Shown one piece after another: positions 62,631-64,000 of a DNA stretch of 64,000 nucleotides. Where the stretch lies: contig NC_042998.1 of the NCBI RefSeq assembly GCF_006345805.1, positions 195,734,001-195,798,000 on the forward strand, read 5' to 3'. The stretch's first letter is position 1. Each line of letters begins with the position of its first letter. The notes under the pieces are model-generated. The model was not told where the DNA came from, made no database searches, and was given only the letters and a program-made list of their open reading frames with translations. A program made the translations under genes and the position numbers. The DNA is from Octopus sinensis (Eukaryota).

Positions 62631-63071
62631 CTAGCAGTATCGCCTGGCATTCCTCGGGTTTGTTTTTACCCTTTAGAATTGGAATTTTTGAAAAGTAAAC
62701 AGTTGGCATTCCTCGGGTTTGTTTTGACCCTTTAGAATTGGAATTTTTGAAAAGTAAACAGTTTGCATTATGTAGCTTGTTATTCTCTTTAAGTGAACAT
62801 TTTTCTGGTTGAAATACACTGAAAAATAGCAACACAGCAGTCAAAAAATCGTAAAAAATAGAGATTTTCATAGGAAAAAAAAGCACCTTTTTGCTGTAAA
62901 TAATTTTTGGTGTTAACATGGTCTGATTTGAATTTTATCTTCTACGGAAGGAAGAGCAAGCCTTCTTCTATCATACTCTCAATTTTGGTCAACTCGCACC
63001 GCAGGGTCTCAGAGGAGATAGGCTACCAAACCTGCCATACACAGACAACTTCAGCTTTGTATAGAGAGAGA
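62631..63071 (-). mobile_element. Non-autonomous Helitron with a 59-bp subterminal duplication
   Basis: Minus strand: A|TCTCTCTCTATAC start, CCCGAGGAATGCCAGGCGATACTGCTAG|T end; same termini as 52330-52713. Confidence 0.85.
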
Positions 63072-63339
63072 TTTATAACGTATGCAGTTCAGTTTTAGTC
63101 AACATGATATGTAAGTCATTAAAAAAAATCTGCAGTCAAATAGTTTCGAGCCTGGTCCCACTGTGTGGCCCCTTGGGCAAGTGTCATTTACTGTATCCCC
63201 AGGCCAACCAAAGCCTTGAGAGTGGATTTAGCAGACAAAAACTGAAAGAAACCAGTTGTATCTTGTATCTATACATACATATGTTTATAGATGTGTGTGC
63301 ACATGTACGTGCATCTGCATTTGTCTGCAAGATCCATCT

Positions 63340-63478
63340 CCCAGATGAGCTGGGACACATTATCAGCAATGTCACCTAACGTCGCCAGATATTTCAGTCC
63401 TTCAACATCAAAATCCCTTGCCCCGAGTGACCCAACCGAGATCACATTCGAGGACCTATGCTCCAAATCAAGCGCCAC
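63340..63478 (+). mobile_element. Possible Gypsy gag fragment
   Basis: SKSLAPSDPTEITFEDLCSK resembles the L.AP..P...TF..L...L segment of Gypsy gag; short match only. Confidence 0.3.
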
Positions 63479-63479
63479 C

Positions 63480-64000
63480 TGGTGGTGTTTTCTTGAGCTT
63501 CACTCGTTGACTGAATGACTCTCTTCTTTTCTTCCCCTGCAAATTTCAATTGGTTAAGGACTTTGCAGGGAGCCCCATCCTGCAAAACTTGTACAGCCCA
63601 CTTCTATAAGCTCATAATTTGTTTGCCAGCCCTTATCCTGACCCTTCTTCTTCAGTTCTTGGTACTTCACACATTTCTTTTTTTCTCTCTTTGGCTTGTT
63701 CAATACACTCTTCCTGAAGTACCATACTTCCAGCATGGTCATTTGTTTGGTGTTTCAGAGATGAAGATCATCTCTGGCCAGGACAATATTGGTTCTATGT
63801 GCCATAAAAACTTCAGTTCTCTGTCCAAATTGACAGAGTCCTGCCCTTGTTTTCATTTGTGAATGTGGTTTCTCTCCAGCTTTGACAAATCCAATTGCCC
63901 TCATTGAGGCATGGCTAAGCTCTCAGCAACCATGTTGAACACTTGATCATGGTGCTTCTGATACTTACCTTCCATATGGGCTTTTGGGCAGTTGTTAAAC
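63480..64000 (-). mobile_element. HERO/NeSL-like non-LTR retrotransposon RLE region (runs off the window)
   Basis: NNCPKAHMEGKYQKHHDQV, GFVKAGEKP, KYQELKKKGQDKGW...IEVGCTSFAG, ..TRW; stops and frameshifts. Confidence 0.75.

Overview
AT-rich, repeat-saturated eukaryotic DNA. The SINE families, TA/CA microsatellite load and transposon mix look like an octopus (coleoid cephalopod) genome; this is an inference from remembered repeat families, not a search. No intact host CDS can be supported, and almost all ORF-track entries are microsatellite or decayed-transposon artefacts. Retrotransposon remnants: R4/Dong-type non-LTR fragments sitting at (TAA)n tracts, RTE, CR1-type, HERO-like and Penelope-like. 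DNA transposons: a mariner remnant, two non-autonomous Helitrons, hAT- and piggyBac-type MITEs. At least five SINE-like families (here called A-E) are present. A probable head-to-head promoter with two divergent non-coding first exons lies at about 46.9-47.2 kb, and to its right old repeats are CpG-decayed, as expected in a methylated gene body. The best lead is a set of short non-autonomous elements carrying minimal type I hammerhead ribozyme motifs of the Penelope/retrozyme kind. The most striking is a fold-back element at 57759-58116: two inverted hammerhead arms around a tRNA-like Pol III promoter. Clade and domain names come from recalled protein and RNA motifs and need database confirmation.
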